Assembly (NCBI RefSeq): GCF_019431375.1
Contig: NZ_CP080267.1
Coordinates: 794,080-818,079 of the forward strand
DNA: 24,000 bases
Direction: 5' to 3'
Origin: Alcanivorax sp.
GTDB lineage: Bacteria; Pseudomonadota; Gammaproteobacteria; Pseudomonadales; Alcanivoracaceae
Under the pieces are notes generated by a model. That model was given only the letters and a program-made list of their open reading frames with translations. It ran no database searches and was not told the origin of the DNA. Positions 1 through 7,180 of the stretch are shown here, piece by piece. Made by a program: the position numbers and the translations under genes. Every line of letters begins with the position of its first letter. Position 1 is the stretch's first letter.

Positions 1-1153
1 AGCAGAACACTACCGAGCCGTAACAGTTGTCCGGCGGCAGCTGGTTGAGGTTGACGTTCTCCAGGTTCGCGCCTTCGCCCAGGGCGCTCAGGGCGTCGAG
101 CAGCCTCAGATCCACCGTCGCACTGGCGTTCTTGATCGCGGCATAGGGAATATTCATCCACCAGCCGCTGTTGGCCACCGCTGCGTAGCCGGTCTTGTCG
201 AAGGTGGGCCAGGCGACCTGCTCGCGCTGCAGGGACAGGAAGAAATCCCCGCTTTTGGAGGAGTCGAGCAGTACCTGGTGGATAAAGCGCAGGTTTTCCT
301 TCAGGTCGGCCGCGGCCGTGGTGCCGTTGAGGCTGCCGCTATACACATAGGCGGGGATATTGGCCAGGATCACGGCGTTCATGCGGGTGCCGCGGACAGG
401 CTGGAAGTAGGGATCCTGGATCTCGTTGCTGGTGTTGTTGTCCGGGTTGCCGTCGCAGTTGGCATGATCGGCGGTGGCGGTGTTGCCGAAGCAGATGGAC
501 TGATCGCCGAGAGCGGTACCCGCCAGAATGTTGGCGGACACCTCCAGGTTCAGGTTCCCGCTCAGCCGGTTGATGCCGGAATGGCAGGCGAGCGCGCCGC
601 TGCCGTCACCGGCCGAGGTATCGCAGGTGCCACCATGCTCCAGATTGACCTGGCCATTGCCGTAGAGGCGGCCGATGCCCAGCATGCCATCGGCAGTTTC
701 GAAGCCGATCTTGATGCCGGCGATCTCTCGCAGAGTCTTGCTGTCGGCGTTGCGTACGGCAAATTCCACATAGGGGCGCCGGGTTTTGAAATCGCTGGTG
801 ACCGGATCGCCGGGCTGATCACCGTTGCGTCCCATAAAACGCAGGTAATCGATGTCAAGATCGCAGGCATTGGCGACCAGGTTCTCGTTAGTGCCGCCAC
901 AACCGAGCTGTAGTCTGTCGATATTCAGATTCATGTCCAGATCGACGTTCAGGCCCGAGCGCATAAAGGTGAAGTCGGTGGTGCCGCCGGCGGTGCCGCT
1001 GGGGGCGATCTGGTCGCTCCAGAACAGGGCCTGCTGGCCGCTGATCTGCGCGAGCTGCGCATCGGCCATCCGCTCCATTGCCGCCACGGGCATGGACAGC
1101 GACGCCAGCAGTGCCAGGGCGGCGCTACGGCGCGCTGAGGGTTTAATAGCCAT
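1..1153 (-). CDS. Secreted protein of unknown function, 3'-partial (at least 384 codons; runs off the window start, so absent from the supplied ORF track)
   Basis: Manual scan found no stop codon in the minus frame from ATG 1153-1151 down to position 2. N-terminus MAIKPSARRSAALALLASLSMPVAA looks like a signal peptide and is followed by the box MERMADAQLAQISGQQ. The start overlaps the upstream gene stop by 11 nt. Confidence 0.75.
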   Translation of the reverse strand, partial: MAIKPSARRSAALALLASLSMPVAAMERMADAQLAQISGQQALFWSDQIAPSGTAGGTTDFTFMRSGLNVDLDMNLNIDRLQLGCGGTNENLVANACDLDIDYLRFMGRNGDQPGDPVTSDFKTRRPYVEFAVRNADSKTLREIAGIKIGFETADGMLGIGRLYGNGQVNLEHGGTCDTSAGDGSGALACHSGINRLSGNLNLEVSANILAGTALGDQSICFGNTATADHANCDGNPDNNTSNEIQDPYFQPVRGTRMNAVILANIPAYVYSGSLNGTTAAADLKENLRFIHQVLLDSSKSGDFFLSLQREQVAWPTFDKTGYAAVANSGWWMNIPYAAIKNASATVDLRLLDALSALGEGANLENVNLNQLPPDNCYGSVVFC

Positions 1154-1823
1154 AAATGCGTACCTTCCCGTCGATATCGATTTGCGTTTGCCGGCCCAGT
1201 TCGGCATCGGCGACGCGCACTCCGGCAAAACTGCCGTTGGCATCCGCCTGGAAGCCTGTACTGCCATATTCGATGGCGATGCGGCCGATTTCCAGCCCGA
1301 GGATGACGTCGGCCTCGAACACGCCCGCCGTGCCGGTAAAGGACAGCATCAGGGCCGGCAGGCCGTTGGGGTCGCAGCCGGCCAGCAGGCAGGTGCCGTT
1401 GTCGTCCTGGAAGCGGGTGGCGTCGTAGTAGGCGGTCGAGGTGGCCGGGTTGAAGGAGCCGTCGATGTTCAGGCCGTCGAGGAACAACCGGCCGAAGAAA
1501 TCCTTCAGTACTATCCACTCGCCGCCGCCGCCATCGCGGTTGGCGAATTTCAGCCCCAGCCGGCAGGGATTGCCGATGCCGGTGCAGGAGGACAGGCTGG
1601 CGAGAGGGGCGCCGTTTTCGTCCGCGTTGATGCGCAGTTCCAGCAAGGTGCCGACCCCCTCCCTGGCCACCACTCCGGCCAGGGCCGCGTCGCTCATCGG
1701 CACCAGGCCGGTGTCGATGCTACCCTCCGCCGCCACGGTTTCACACAGGGGGAGCAGCAGCATGACGACAGCGGCCAGGACCCGGCGGGCCCTGCCGACC
1801 GGAAAAAACAGTATGTTCATCAT
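1143..1823 (-). CDS. Secreted protein of unknown function (226 aa), aromatic C-terminus ...VRIYGY
   Basis: ORF track. Hydrophobic N-terminal segment ...RRVLAAVVMLLLPLCETVAA followed by the box LVPMSDAALAGVVAREG. ATGA start/stop overlap with the upstream gene at 1820-1823. Confidence 0.75.
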   Translation of the reverse strand: MMNILFFPVGRARRVLAAVVMLLLPLCETVAAEGSIDTGLVPMSDAALAGVVAREGVGTLLELRINADENGAPLASLSSCTGIGNPCRLGLKFANRDGGGGEWIVLKDFFGRLFLDGLNIDGSFNPATSTAYYDATRFQDDNGTCLLAGCDPNGLPALMLSFTGTAGVFEADVILGLEIGRIAIEYGSTGFQADANGSFAGVRVADAELGRQTQIDIDGKVRIYGY

Positions 1824-3430
1824 GGCCCCGCCCCCAGGCTGGTGATTTTCAGGTGCTGGATGAGCAGGCCCTCAATCCGGCCATCGCCGAGATTGACCGC
1901 GCTAAGTCCGGTGCGGGTCCGGGTAAGGGTGGGCGGGGGGTCGTTGTAGTTGCCGGAGGTATCGGGCTGGGTGGCGGTGGCGGTGAACGTGGACGCCTCC
2001 GTGGCCTTGATGAAAATAAAGCCGTCATCGGTGGCGGCGGAACTATTGCACAGCGTGCCCGCGGCGCCGCAGTTGGCCCCGTTGCCCGGGTACCAGTCTC
2101 CCCAGCGGATAAAGCCGTGGGTCTCGTGATAGCGCGACGGCCGCTCGGTTCGTTGATAACCGCAGCTTGCACCCTGATAGCGAGCGTCCACGCAACCCTC
2201 GCCAGTGCCGCCGTTCAGGCCCGGCAGGCTGTAGAAGTCGTTGTAGGCATTGTCCCGGTTCGGCAGGCGGGTCAGCTCGATCACGAAGTTGCCATCGCCG
2301 CCGGCGCCACTGCCGGGCACGTTATCGTCCAGAATCAGCGACTGGTAGAACAGCTGGCCCATCGGAATCCAGCTATTGACGTTGCGGAAGATCAACCCCG
2401 GCGCATCGCCAGTGCCGGTGCCGTTGTCGAACTCGGGCACCACGCCCAGGGCGTCGCCGCTGGCGGCGGTCTGGGCCAGACTGAAGCGGAAATCCCCGGA
2501 CAGGGCAATATTGAAGGTCATGCCGACGGAGCGATCAGCATCGTCCTGATTCTGGAACAGCCGGAACAGGGTGCCGCGGCGGACGGTTTCCTCGGTGAAG
2601 CTGGTGGGCCCCGGCGTGGAGGTGCTGTTGGTCGTGGTGCAGGTGCGCGGGGTACCGAATCCGCTGCAACCACCACCACCGCTGCCCGAGGTGGTGGTGG
2701 TGGTGGTTACCTGGGAGGTAGACACCAGCACATTGTTGACGTAGGTCTCCTCGGTGGTTTCGGTGGTGGTTTCCGCCGTGTACTGGGTGCAGGCAAAACC
2801 GCAGGAGGTGACGGTGGTGGTGGTGGTGGAATCCTTCGTTGTCACCACGTAGGTGCTTTCCCGGACAGTATCATCGACCACGGGCCGGCCGTTGATCAGG
2901 GCCTGGCTTTGCAGCAGGCCGTTGTTGGTGGCGCCGCTCTTGCCGGCTTCTATCTCGCCCCAGAACGACCAGCGGTAGGGGTCGGAGGCGGTGGGGCCGA
3001 CCATTTCCAGCACCGTCTTGGTCACCTCGGTGTTCTGGAAATCGAAGCCGGTCTTGTCGAACACCCGCAGCAGGTAGGGGTTGTCGAAAGGGGCAATGGT
3101 GGCGCCGGTGAGGGACAGGGGGCAGAGCGAATGACCGCAGGCCTCGCCGTTCCAGCCCAAGCCGCCGGCGCCACCCGCGCCCGATACCGTCAGGCCATAC
3201 CAGCGCAGATCGCCGCGCTGATAGCCGGCCCCGACACCCGGGTCCGTGCCGATCTGCTCGATATAGCCGGTGTTGCGCATCTGGAAGCGGAAATCCTCCA
3301 GCACCAGGGCGATACCCTCGCCGGTGACCGCCGCCAGGGCGTTGTCGGGCAGGGATTCGAGGGCACTGGCCGCTGTCCCGACGCTCAGGCCGCAGGCGAC
3401 GAGAAAGAGTTGCAGCTTGCTGATGTGCAT
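1820..3430 (-). CDS. Large secreted protein of unknown function with an internal Thr-rich low-complexity region (about 536 aa from ATG 3430)
   Basis: The ORF track gives 1820..3484, but that start is TTG. ATG at 3430 yields MHISKLQLFLVACGLSVGTAASA (signal-peptide-like) followed by LESLPDNALAAVTGEG. Thr/Gly/Cys-rich segment in the middle. Confidence 0.75.
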   Translation of the reverse strand: MHISKLQLFLVACGLSVGTAASALESLPDNALAAVTGEGIALVLEDFRFQMRNTGYIEQIGTDPGVGAGYQRGDLRWYGLTVSGAGGAGGLGWNGEACGHSLCPLSLTGATIAPFDNPYLLRVFDKTGFDFQNTEVTKTVLEMVGPTASDPYRWSFWGEIEAGKSGATNNGLLQSQALINGRPVVDDTVRESTYVVTTKDSTTTTTVTSCGFACTQYTAETTTETTEETYVNNVLVSTSQVTTTTTTSGSGGGGCSGFGTPRTCTTTNSTSTPGPTSFTEETVRRGTLFRLFQNQDDADRSVGMTFNIALSGDFRFSLAQTAASGDALGVVPEFDNGTGTGDAPGLIFRNVNSWIPMGQLFYQSLILDDNVPGSGAGGDGNFVIELTRLPNRDNAYNDFYSLPGLNGGTGEGCVDARYQGASCGYQRTERPSRYHETHGFIRWGDWYPGNGANCGAAGTLCNSSAATDDGFIFIKATEASTFTATATQPDTSGNYNDPPPTLTRTRTGLSAVNLGDGRIEGLLIQHLKITSLGAGP

Positions 3431-3543
3431 AGGGAGCCAGCCTGTTTTGTTATTATTGACTTGCCTGACCTTTCTTTTTACCAAATCGGCCCCCGGCTTG
3501 CAAGCCCGGCCCTGAAGGCCCTAAGGTCGGGCCTTGCCGCATT

Positions 3544-3631
3544 GACGGAAGGCGCCGGGGCGCCGGTGTAAGGGGCTCGTCGAAGCGGTGGAACTCCAGA
3601 CCGGCGCCCCGGGCGACGCCTTCCGGCCGTC
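3544..3631. repeat. Long GC-rich imperfect inverted repeat (possible terminator/attenuator or REP-like hairpin)
   Basis: ccggggcgccgg (3555-3566) pairs perfectly with ccggcgccccgg (3601-3612). ggaaggcg (3547-3554) pairs with cgccttcc (3617-3624). Loop of about 34 nt. Lies between the truncated paralogue and the 536-aa gene. Confidence 0.4.
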
Positions 3632-3840
3632 AGCAGAGCACTGCCGTGCCAGTTGTCCGGCGGCAGCGGGTTGTGGTTGACGTTCTCCAGGCTCGCGCCT
3701 TCGCCCAGGGCGCTCAGCGCGTCAAGCAGCCCCAGATCCACCGTCGCACGGGCGTTCTTGATCGCGGCATAGGGAGCATTTATCCACCCGCCGCTGTTGG
3801 CCACCGCTGCGTAGCCGGTCTTGTCGAAGGTGGGCCAGGC
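3632..3840 (-). pseudogene. 3'-terminal remnant of a paralogue of the gene at 1-1153, truncated by the IS3-family element
   Basis: 3632-3840 aligns to 1-214 with 14 substitutions and one 5-nt indel (my manual count). Homology stops exactly at 3840/3841, where the IS3-like sequence (TG...) begins. Encodes ...ANSGGWINAPYAAIKNARATVDLGLLDALSALGEGASLENVN... versus ...ANSGWWMNIPYAAIKNASATVDLRLLDALSALGEGANLENVN... Confidence 0.7.
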
Positions 3841-4411
3841 TGCTTCATTCTTATTTGTAGTGGCCTAATGAGTCCGGACACCAACGTAGGTGGTAACGTT
3901 ACCACCTTAAGCGAGGTGTCAGATAACCAGCAAACGACGTTCCTTGACTCCTGAGTTCAAGCAGAAAGCCGCCAGCCTGGTGCTGGATCAAGGCTACACA
4001 GTTCCCCAGGCCATCGCATCGCTTGGTGTCGTCGAGAGCGCGCTGCGGCGCTGGGTTAAGCAGCTTGAGGCGGAACGCCAAGGTGTTACCCCCCAAAGGC
4101 AAGGCCCTTACCCTGGAGCAGCGCCGCATTCAGGAGTTGGAGGCCCGTTGTGAACGCCTGGCCTTGAAGGCCATGGTGCACCGTCTATGCAGGCAAAGCA
4201 GGAGTTCGGCGGGCAGCCGCACGATACAAGGGGTGCTCAAGTGAGCAGGGGCTGGAAATCGGTCTTTTCAAGGTGCGCAGACTAATGGATGAATTGGGAC
4301 TGATTTGTAAGCAACCGGGCCGCATGCCTACAAGCAGGCAACTGTAGAGAGACAGGATATGCCGAACCATCTGGATGTTCATGCGGTGGTTTCTGCTAAG
4401 GAGTTATTTAG
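3841..4411 (+). mobile_element. IS3-family insertion sequence remnant (frameshifted orfA, internally deleted and 3'-truncated orfB)
   Basis: Starts with TG. Encodes ...SKRRSLTPEFKQKAASLVLDQGYTVPQAIASLGVVESALRRWVKQLEAERQGVTP, then continues in another frame after a C-run at 4088-4094 (KGKALTLEQRRIQELEARCERL). OrfB-like pieces follow (SAGSRTI..., GLEIGLFKVRRLMDELGLICKQPG..., YKQATVERQDMPNHL) across several frames. It ends at the IS5 left end. Confidence 0.8.
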
Positions 4412-5561
4412 GGAACCTCTGAAAAACTCCCCGACTTTGCCATAATCAGGGCTTTCTATCAGCCACTTTCCGGGAATGCCATGAGCAGCTGACTTTTGCC
4501 GAAGCCGAATACGAACACAAGAAGCGCAAGACCCGGCGGGAAGTGTTCCTTGAGAAGTTGGATCAGTTGCTACCCTGGAAGGCGCTGGAGTCCACGATTG
4601 CGGTCTATTACGCCTCCGGTAGCACTGGCCGGCCGCCGTATCCGCTCTCCAGCATGCTGCGCATTCATGTCATGCAGATCATCTACAACCTGAGTGATCC
4701 GGCGATGGAAGATGCCTTGTATGAGATCGAGTCTATGCGCCGTTTCGCAGGGATTCGGCTCTCTCGGGTTCCTGATGAGACAACGATCCTGAACTTCCGG
4801 CACCTGCTGGAGCAGCACACTCTTGGCAAGAAGCTGTTCAAGAAGATCAACCGTCAGTTGGCACGACATGGCCTGATGGTTCGGGAAGGCAGCATCGTTG
4901 ATGCGACGATTATCGACGCCCCCAGCTCGACGAAGAACAAGGAAAAGGCCCGTGATCCGGAGATGCATCAGACCAAAAAAGGCAATCAATGGCATTTTGG
5001 CATGAAGTGTCATATTGGCGTCGATGACACAGTGGGTCTGATTCATAGTCTTGCCACTACCGCCGCGAATGAGCATGACCTGACGGCATCAGACCAGCTT
5101 TTGCATGGCAAAGAGAAACGTGTCTGGGGAGACGCGGGTTATTGCGGTATCGAGAAACGCGAAGAGCACAAGAACCGTAAAGTGGATTGGTTTATCGCTG
5201 AGCGTCCTGGTAAGCGCTCCACGATGTCGAAGGTTGCGCTGGAATGCGAAACCATCAAAGCCAGCGTACGTGCCAAAGTGGAACATCCCTTCCGAGTGAT
5301 CAAAGGCATGTTCGGTTACAGCAAGGTTCGCTACCGGGGTCTGGCGAAAAATACCAACCGGCTCTATCTCCTGGCGGGGCTGCACAACCTGTTGAGGGTG
5401 AAACGGGTGCTTCTGCCCTAGGGGCAGTGCGCCTGATTGCCGCTAAAGTGCGGCAATCAGGCGAAAAAATGAACACTCAAGAGTGAATTGTGGCCTGAAT
5501 TTGATGGCAGAAGCCTGTTGATCATCGTAAAGGCGAAAAAAGCGAGTTATTCAGACCTTCC
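4412..5561 (+). mobile_element. IS5-family (IS5 group) insertion sequence, about 1150 bp
   Basis: Terminal inverted repeats ggaacctctgaaaaactc (4412-) and gagttattcagaccttcc (-5561), starting GGAA as in E. coli IS5. The internal DDE transposase is clearly collinear with E. coli IS5 InsH. Confidence 0.9.
4543..5421 (+). CDS. IS5-family DDE transposase (InsH-like); the N-terminal 20 codons lie upstream in the same frame without an in-frame ATG
   Basis: Strong similarity from memory to InsH: [85 protein letters not shown]. Codons [19 protein letters not shown] (4483-4542) are in frame, but the ATG at 4481 is in the +1 frame. Confidence 0.9.
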   Translation: MFLEKLDQLLPWKALESTIAVYYASGSTGRPPYPLSSMLRIHVMQIIYNLSDPAMEDALYEIESMRRFAGIRLSRVPDETTILNFRHLLEQHTLGKKLFKKINRQLARHGLMVREGSIVDATIIDAPSSTKNKEKARDPEMHQTKKGNQWHFGMKCHIGVDDTVGLIHSLATTAANEHDLTASDQLLHGKEKRVWGDAGYCGIEKREEHKNRKVDWFIAERPGKRSTMSKVALECETIKASVRAKVEHPFRVIKGMFGYSKVRYRGLAKNTNRLYLLAGLHNLLRVKRVLLP

Positions 5562-5593
5562 CTAACCCTTCGTCGGCTTGAAGATACCAACTA

Positions 5594-5874
5594 ATGGAAT
5601 TGTTCTGGACTCTCAAGGCAACAGACAACCGCGACGAAATTCATGAATACATCGAAACGGATAACCCTTCTGCCGCTTTAGCACTTGATGAATTTTTCTC
5701 GGCACGCGCGCTGCTCATCTGCTCGATCACCCGGACAGCGGCCGGGTCGGTCGTGTGTCCGGCACCAGGGAGCTGATTGTGCATCCACATTATATGCTGG
5801 TCTATGATGTACAGGGTACACGGGTACGGATACTGAGCGTCGTACATACAGCACGGCAATGGCCGCCTTTCTAA
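5594..5874 (+). pseudogene. parE: ParE/RelE-family toxin gene with a 1-nt frameshift
   Basis: Frame A encodes MELFWTLKATDNRDEIHEYIETDNPSAALALDEFFSARA... and stops at 5776. Frame B from about 5716 encodes HLLDHPDSGRVGRVSGTRELIVHPHYMLVYDVQGTRVRILSVVHTARQWPPF*, ending at 5874. Total length is 281 nt (not a multiple of 3). The shift must lie between 5692 and 5715. Confidence 0.7.
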
Positions 5875-5905
5875 AATGCATCATCGTTACTGCAAGGCAG
5901 ATCAA

Positions 5906-6109
5906 ATGCGCATCACTTTGACTATTGATGACCAGCTATATCAACAAGCCCTTGCCATGGCCGACCCAGGTGTTGGTAAGGCTGATTTGTTTCGTGAAGC
6001 CATGCGGACTTACGTGCGGGTTCAGGCGGCGAAACGCCTGGCGTCATTGGGCGCGGCGGCGCCGGAAATGCGAGATATTCCCCGGCATGGCGGAAGCGAT
6101 GATTTGTGA
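5906..6109 (+). CDS. vapB: VapB-family (PF09957-like) type II antitoxin, apparently orphan
   Basis: MRITLTIDDQLYQQALAMADPGVGKADLFREAMRTYVRVQAAKRLASLG...MRDIPR matches the MRTxIDIDDELxxxAl...E.V..AL..lv pattern of VapB antitoxins. The ORF track start at 5876 is trimmed to ATG 5906. No intact PIN-domain ORF follows. Confidence 0.65.
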   Translation: MRITLTIDDQLYQQALAMADPGVGKADLFREAMRTYVRVQAAKRLASLGAAAPEMRDIPRHGGSDDL

Positions 6110-6264
6110 CTGCTATGATCAAAGGGCTCCGTTTAGGTAAAACATCTCAATAGCTGGAGTAGCGTGCACTCTTCGTTGCTGGGGAATGACGTGATTGGCG
6201 GCTTTGGTCTGGACAGAATCGCGCCGCCGGCGCCGCTCCTCGCATGTTGCATGCCAACCACTGA

Positions 6265-6290
6265 GGTTCGCTTGCAAGCAAGCTCCTACA
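6265..6290 (+). repeat. REP element (ggttcgcttgcaagcaagctcctaca)
   Basis: Contains the perfect 10-bp palindrome gcttgcaagc plus the ctcctaca tail. The same sequence is at 9440-9465 and 22479-22504. About 35 bp of 3' sequence is also shared with the copy at 6552. Confidence 0.85.
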
Positions 6291-6364
6291 AACCCCTTAT
6301 GCACATGACGTGTGTACTCTCAGCGGCGACGCAGGACTCCCTCATTTTGACGAACTCATAACAT

Positions 6365-6521
6365 CGTCTTTCCGGACTTGATCCGGAATCTCCCTCTGCT
6401 GGCAGAGCCATTCGGAGAGGCCACGGTGGGTTGAAGGAGGTCCCGGGGCGACCAGCGCAGCGCAGAACAGACGAAGTCTGGCCCCGAAGGGGTGAGCGCA
6501 GCGAATAACCCCGGGATGACG
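6365..6521. repeat. 157-bp MITE-like repeat with terminal inverted repeats (copy A)
   Basis: Ends cgtctttccgg... and ...ccccgggatgacg. The right-hand ~85 bp is almost identical to copy B at 7768-7924. ORF-track ORFs 6356..6589(-) and 7759..7962(-) are its conceptual translations. Confidence 0.75.
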
Positions 6522-6551
6522 CCTGAAGGGGCTATTCGCAGGACAGCCCTG

Positions 6552-6574
6552 TCGCTTGCAGGCAAGCTCCTACA
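6552..6574 (+). repeat. REP element variant (tcgcttgcaggcaagctcctaca)
   Basis: Same family as 6265-6290. Also shares the downstream extension aaaccc.t.tgca.atga.gtgtgt..ctctcagc. Confidence 0.8.
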
Positions 6575-6629
6575 AACCCTTGCATGCATGATGTGTGTGT
6601 GCTCTCAGCCGGATTTATCAGCAGCGCCG

Positions 6630-7169
6630 TTAAAGCGAGGTCGGGAACAAGGTATCGAATTCCTGTTGGAAATCACTGTTTTCCGGGGAAATAGCCAGCC
6701 GTGCTTGCACCTCCACAATTAACCGTTGAGTCGTGGAGTAAAGCATGGGGCTGAGCTGGTGGAGAGTATTGAAGTGTTCGGCGATGATGGCGTAGTCGGT
6801 TTCGTAATCATGGGCGGCCATATTGCGTGCCATTCGGCTTTGTTGCCACAATTCAGCGGAATCCAATACACCCAGTTTTTCGTAAAAGACCAGCACCTTG
6901 AGGAAGCTGTCTGCGGGTTCACTCATCAGCAAAGCCGTATGACGCATGGCAGCTGCCAGGGTGTCTTGCAGTTTGGCGAAACGCTCATTGATTGCTGCGA
7001 GGGTTTCAAACAGGTCGACATCTTTGCGGTGCTTTTCAAGAAAGGGGCCGTGTAATGGCCAGTCGATCTTGCCTTCCGATTGGTGTAGAAACCAGGCGCA
7101 ACGCTGTAGAGCCACCAGCAAACCTGCCAGGTGGCGACGTTCATTATCCAGCATTTGTTGACTACTCAT
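6630..7169 (-). CDS. HEPN-domain protein (HI0074 / nucleotidyltransferase-substrate-binding-like), putative toxin of an MNT/HEPN pair
   Basis: R-x4-H-x-Y HEPN motif in SRMARNMAAHDYETDY. 179 aa. Lies downstream of a minimal nucleotidyltransferase gene. SD-like aggggg 7 nt before the ATG, and an in-frame TAG 12 nt upstream. Confidence 0.7.
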   Translation of the reverse strand: MSSQQMLDNERRHLAGLLVALQRCAWFLHQSEGKIDWPLHGPFLEKHRKDVDLFETLAAINERFAKLQDTLAAAMRHTALLMSEPADSFLKVLVFYEKLGVLDSAELWQQSRMARNMAAHDYETDYAIIAEHFNTLHQLSPMLYSTTQRLIVEVQARLAISPENSDFQQEFDTLFPTSL

Positions 7170-7180
7170 ACAAGCCCCCT

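Noticed and set aside
278-3571. Long plus-strand ORFs in the GC-rich left block (278..913, 852..1949, 1853..3571, etc.)
   Set aside because: They are antisense to the coupled minus-strand genes that carry signal peptides. Their translations are Gly/Ala/Arg/Val-rich low-complexity sequence typical of spurious ORFs in high-GC DNA, and none has a recognisable start context or motif.
4401-4430. The sequence ggagttat-ttagggaacctctga-aaaactcc at the IS5 left end, considered as a remnant of a second IS/MITE end (a nested insertion)
   Set aside because: Similarity to the MITE/IS right end (ggagttattcagagg) holds for only about 12 nt and then breaks down. It is equally explained as a short self-complementary extension of the IR. 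The evidence is insufficient.
5422-5470. Hairpin gcctgattgccgc-taaagt-gcggcaatcaggc after the IS5 transposase stop as a terminator
   Set aside because: It is followed by an A-run rather than a T-run on the coding strand. It lies inside the IS and is probably a subterminal structural feature of the element, so it is not annotated separately.
6106-6260. Calling a vapC toxin gene downstream of vapB
   Set aside because: Only a 13-codon ORF overlaps the vapB stop. A weak PIN-C-terminus-like stretch follows in another frame. No PIN acidic-residue motifs are visible, so it is treated at most as a deletion remnant and not annotated as a feature.
6356-6589. ORFs 6356..6589(-) and 7759..7962(-) sharing the peptide IPGLFAALTPSGPDFVCS.LRWSPRDL
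   Set aside because: The shared peptide is the conceptual translation of the 157-bp TIR repeat. There is no start context, the ORF ends differ, and the conservation is at the DNA-repeat level.
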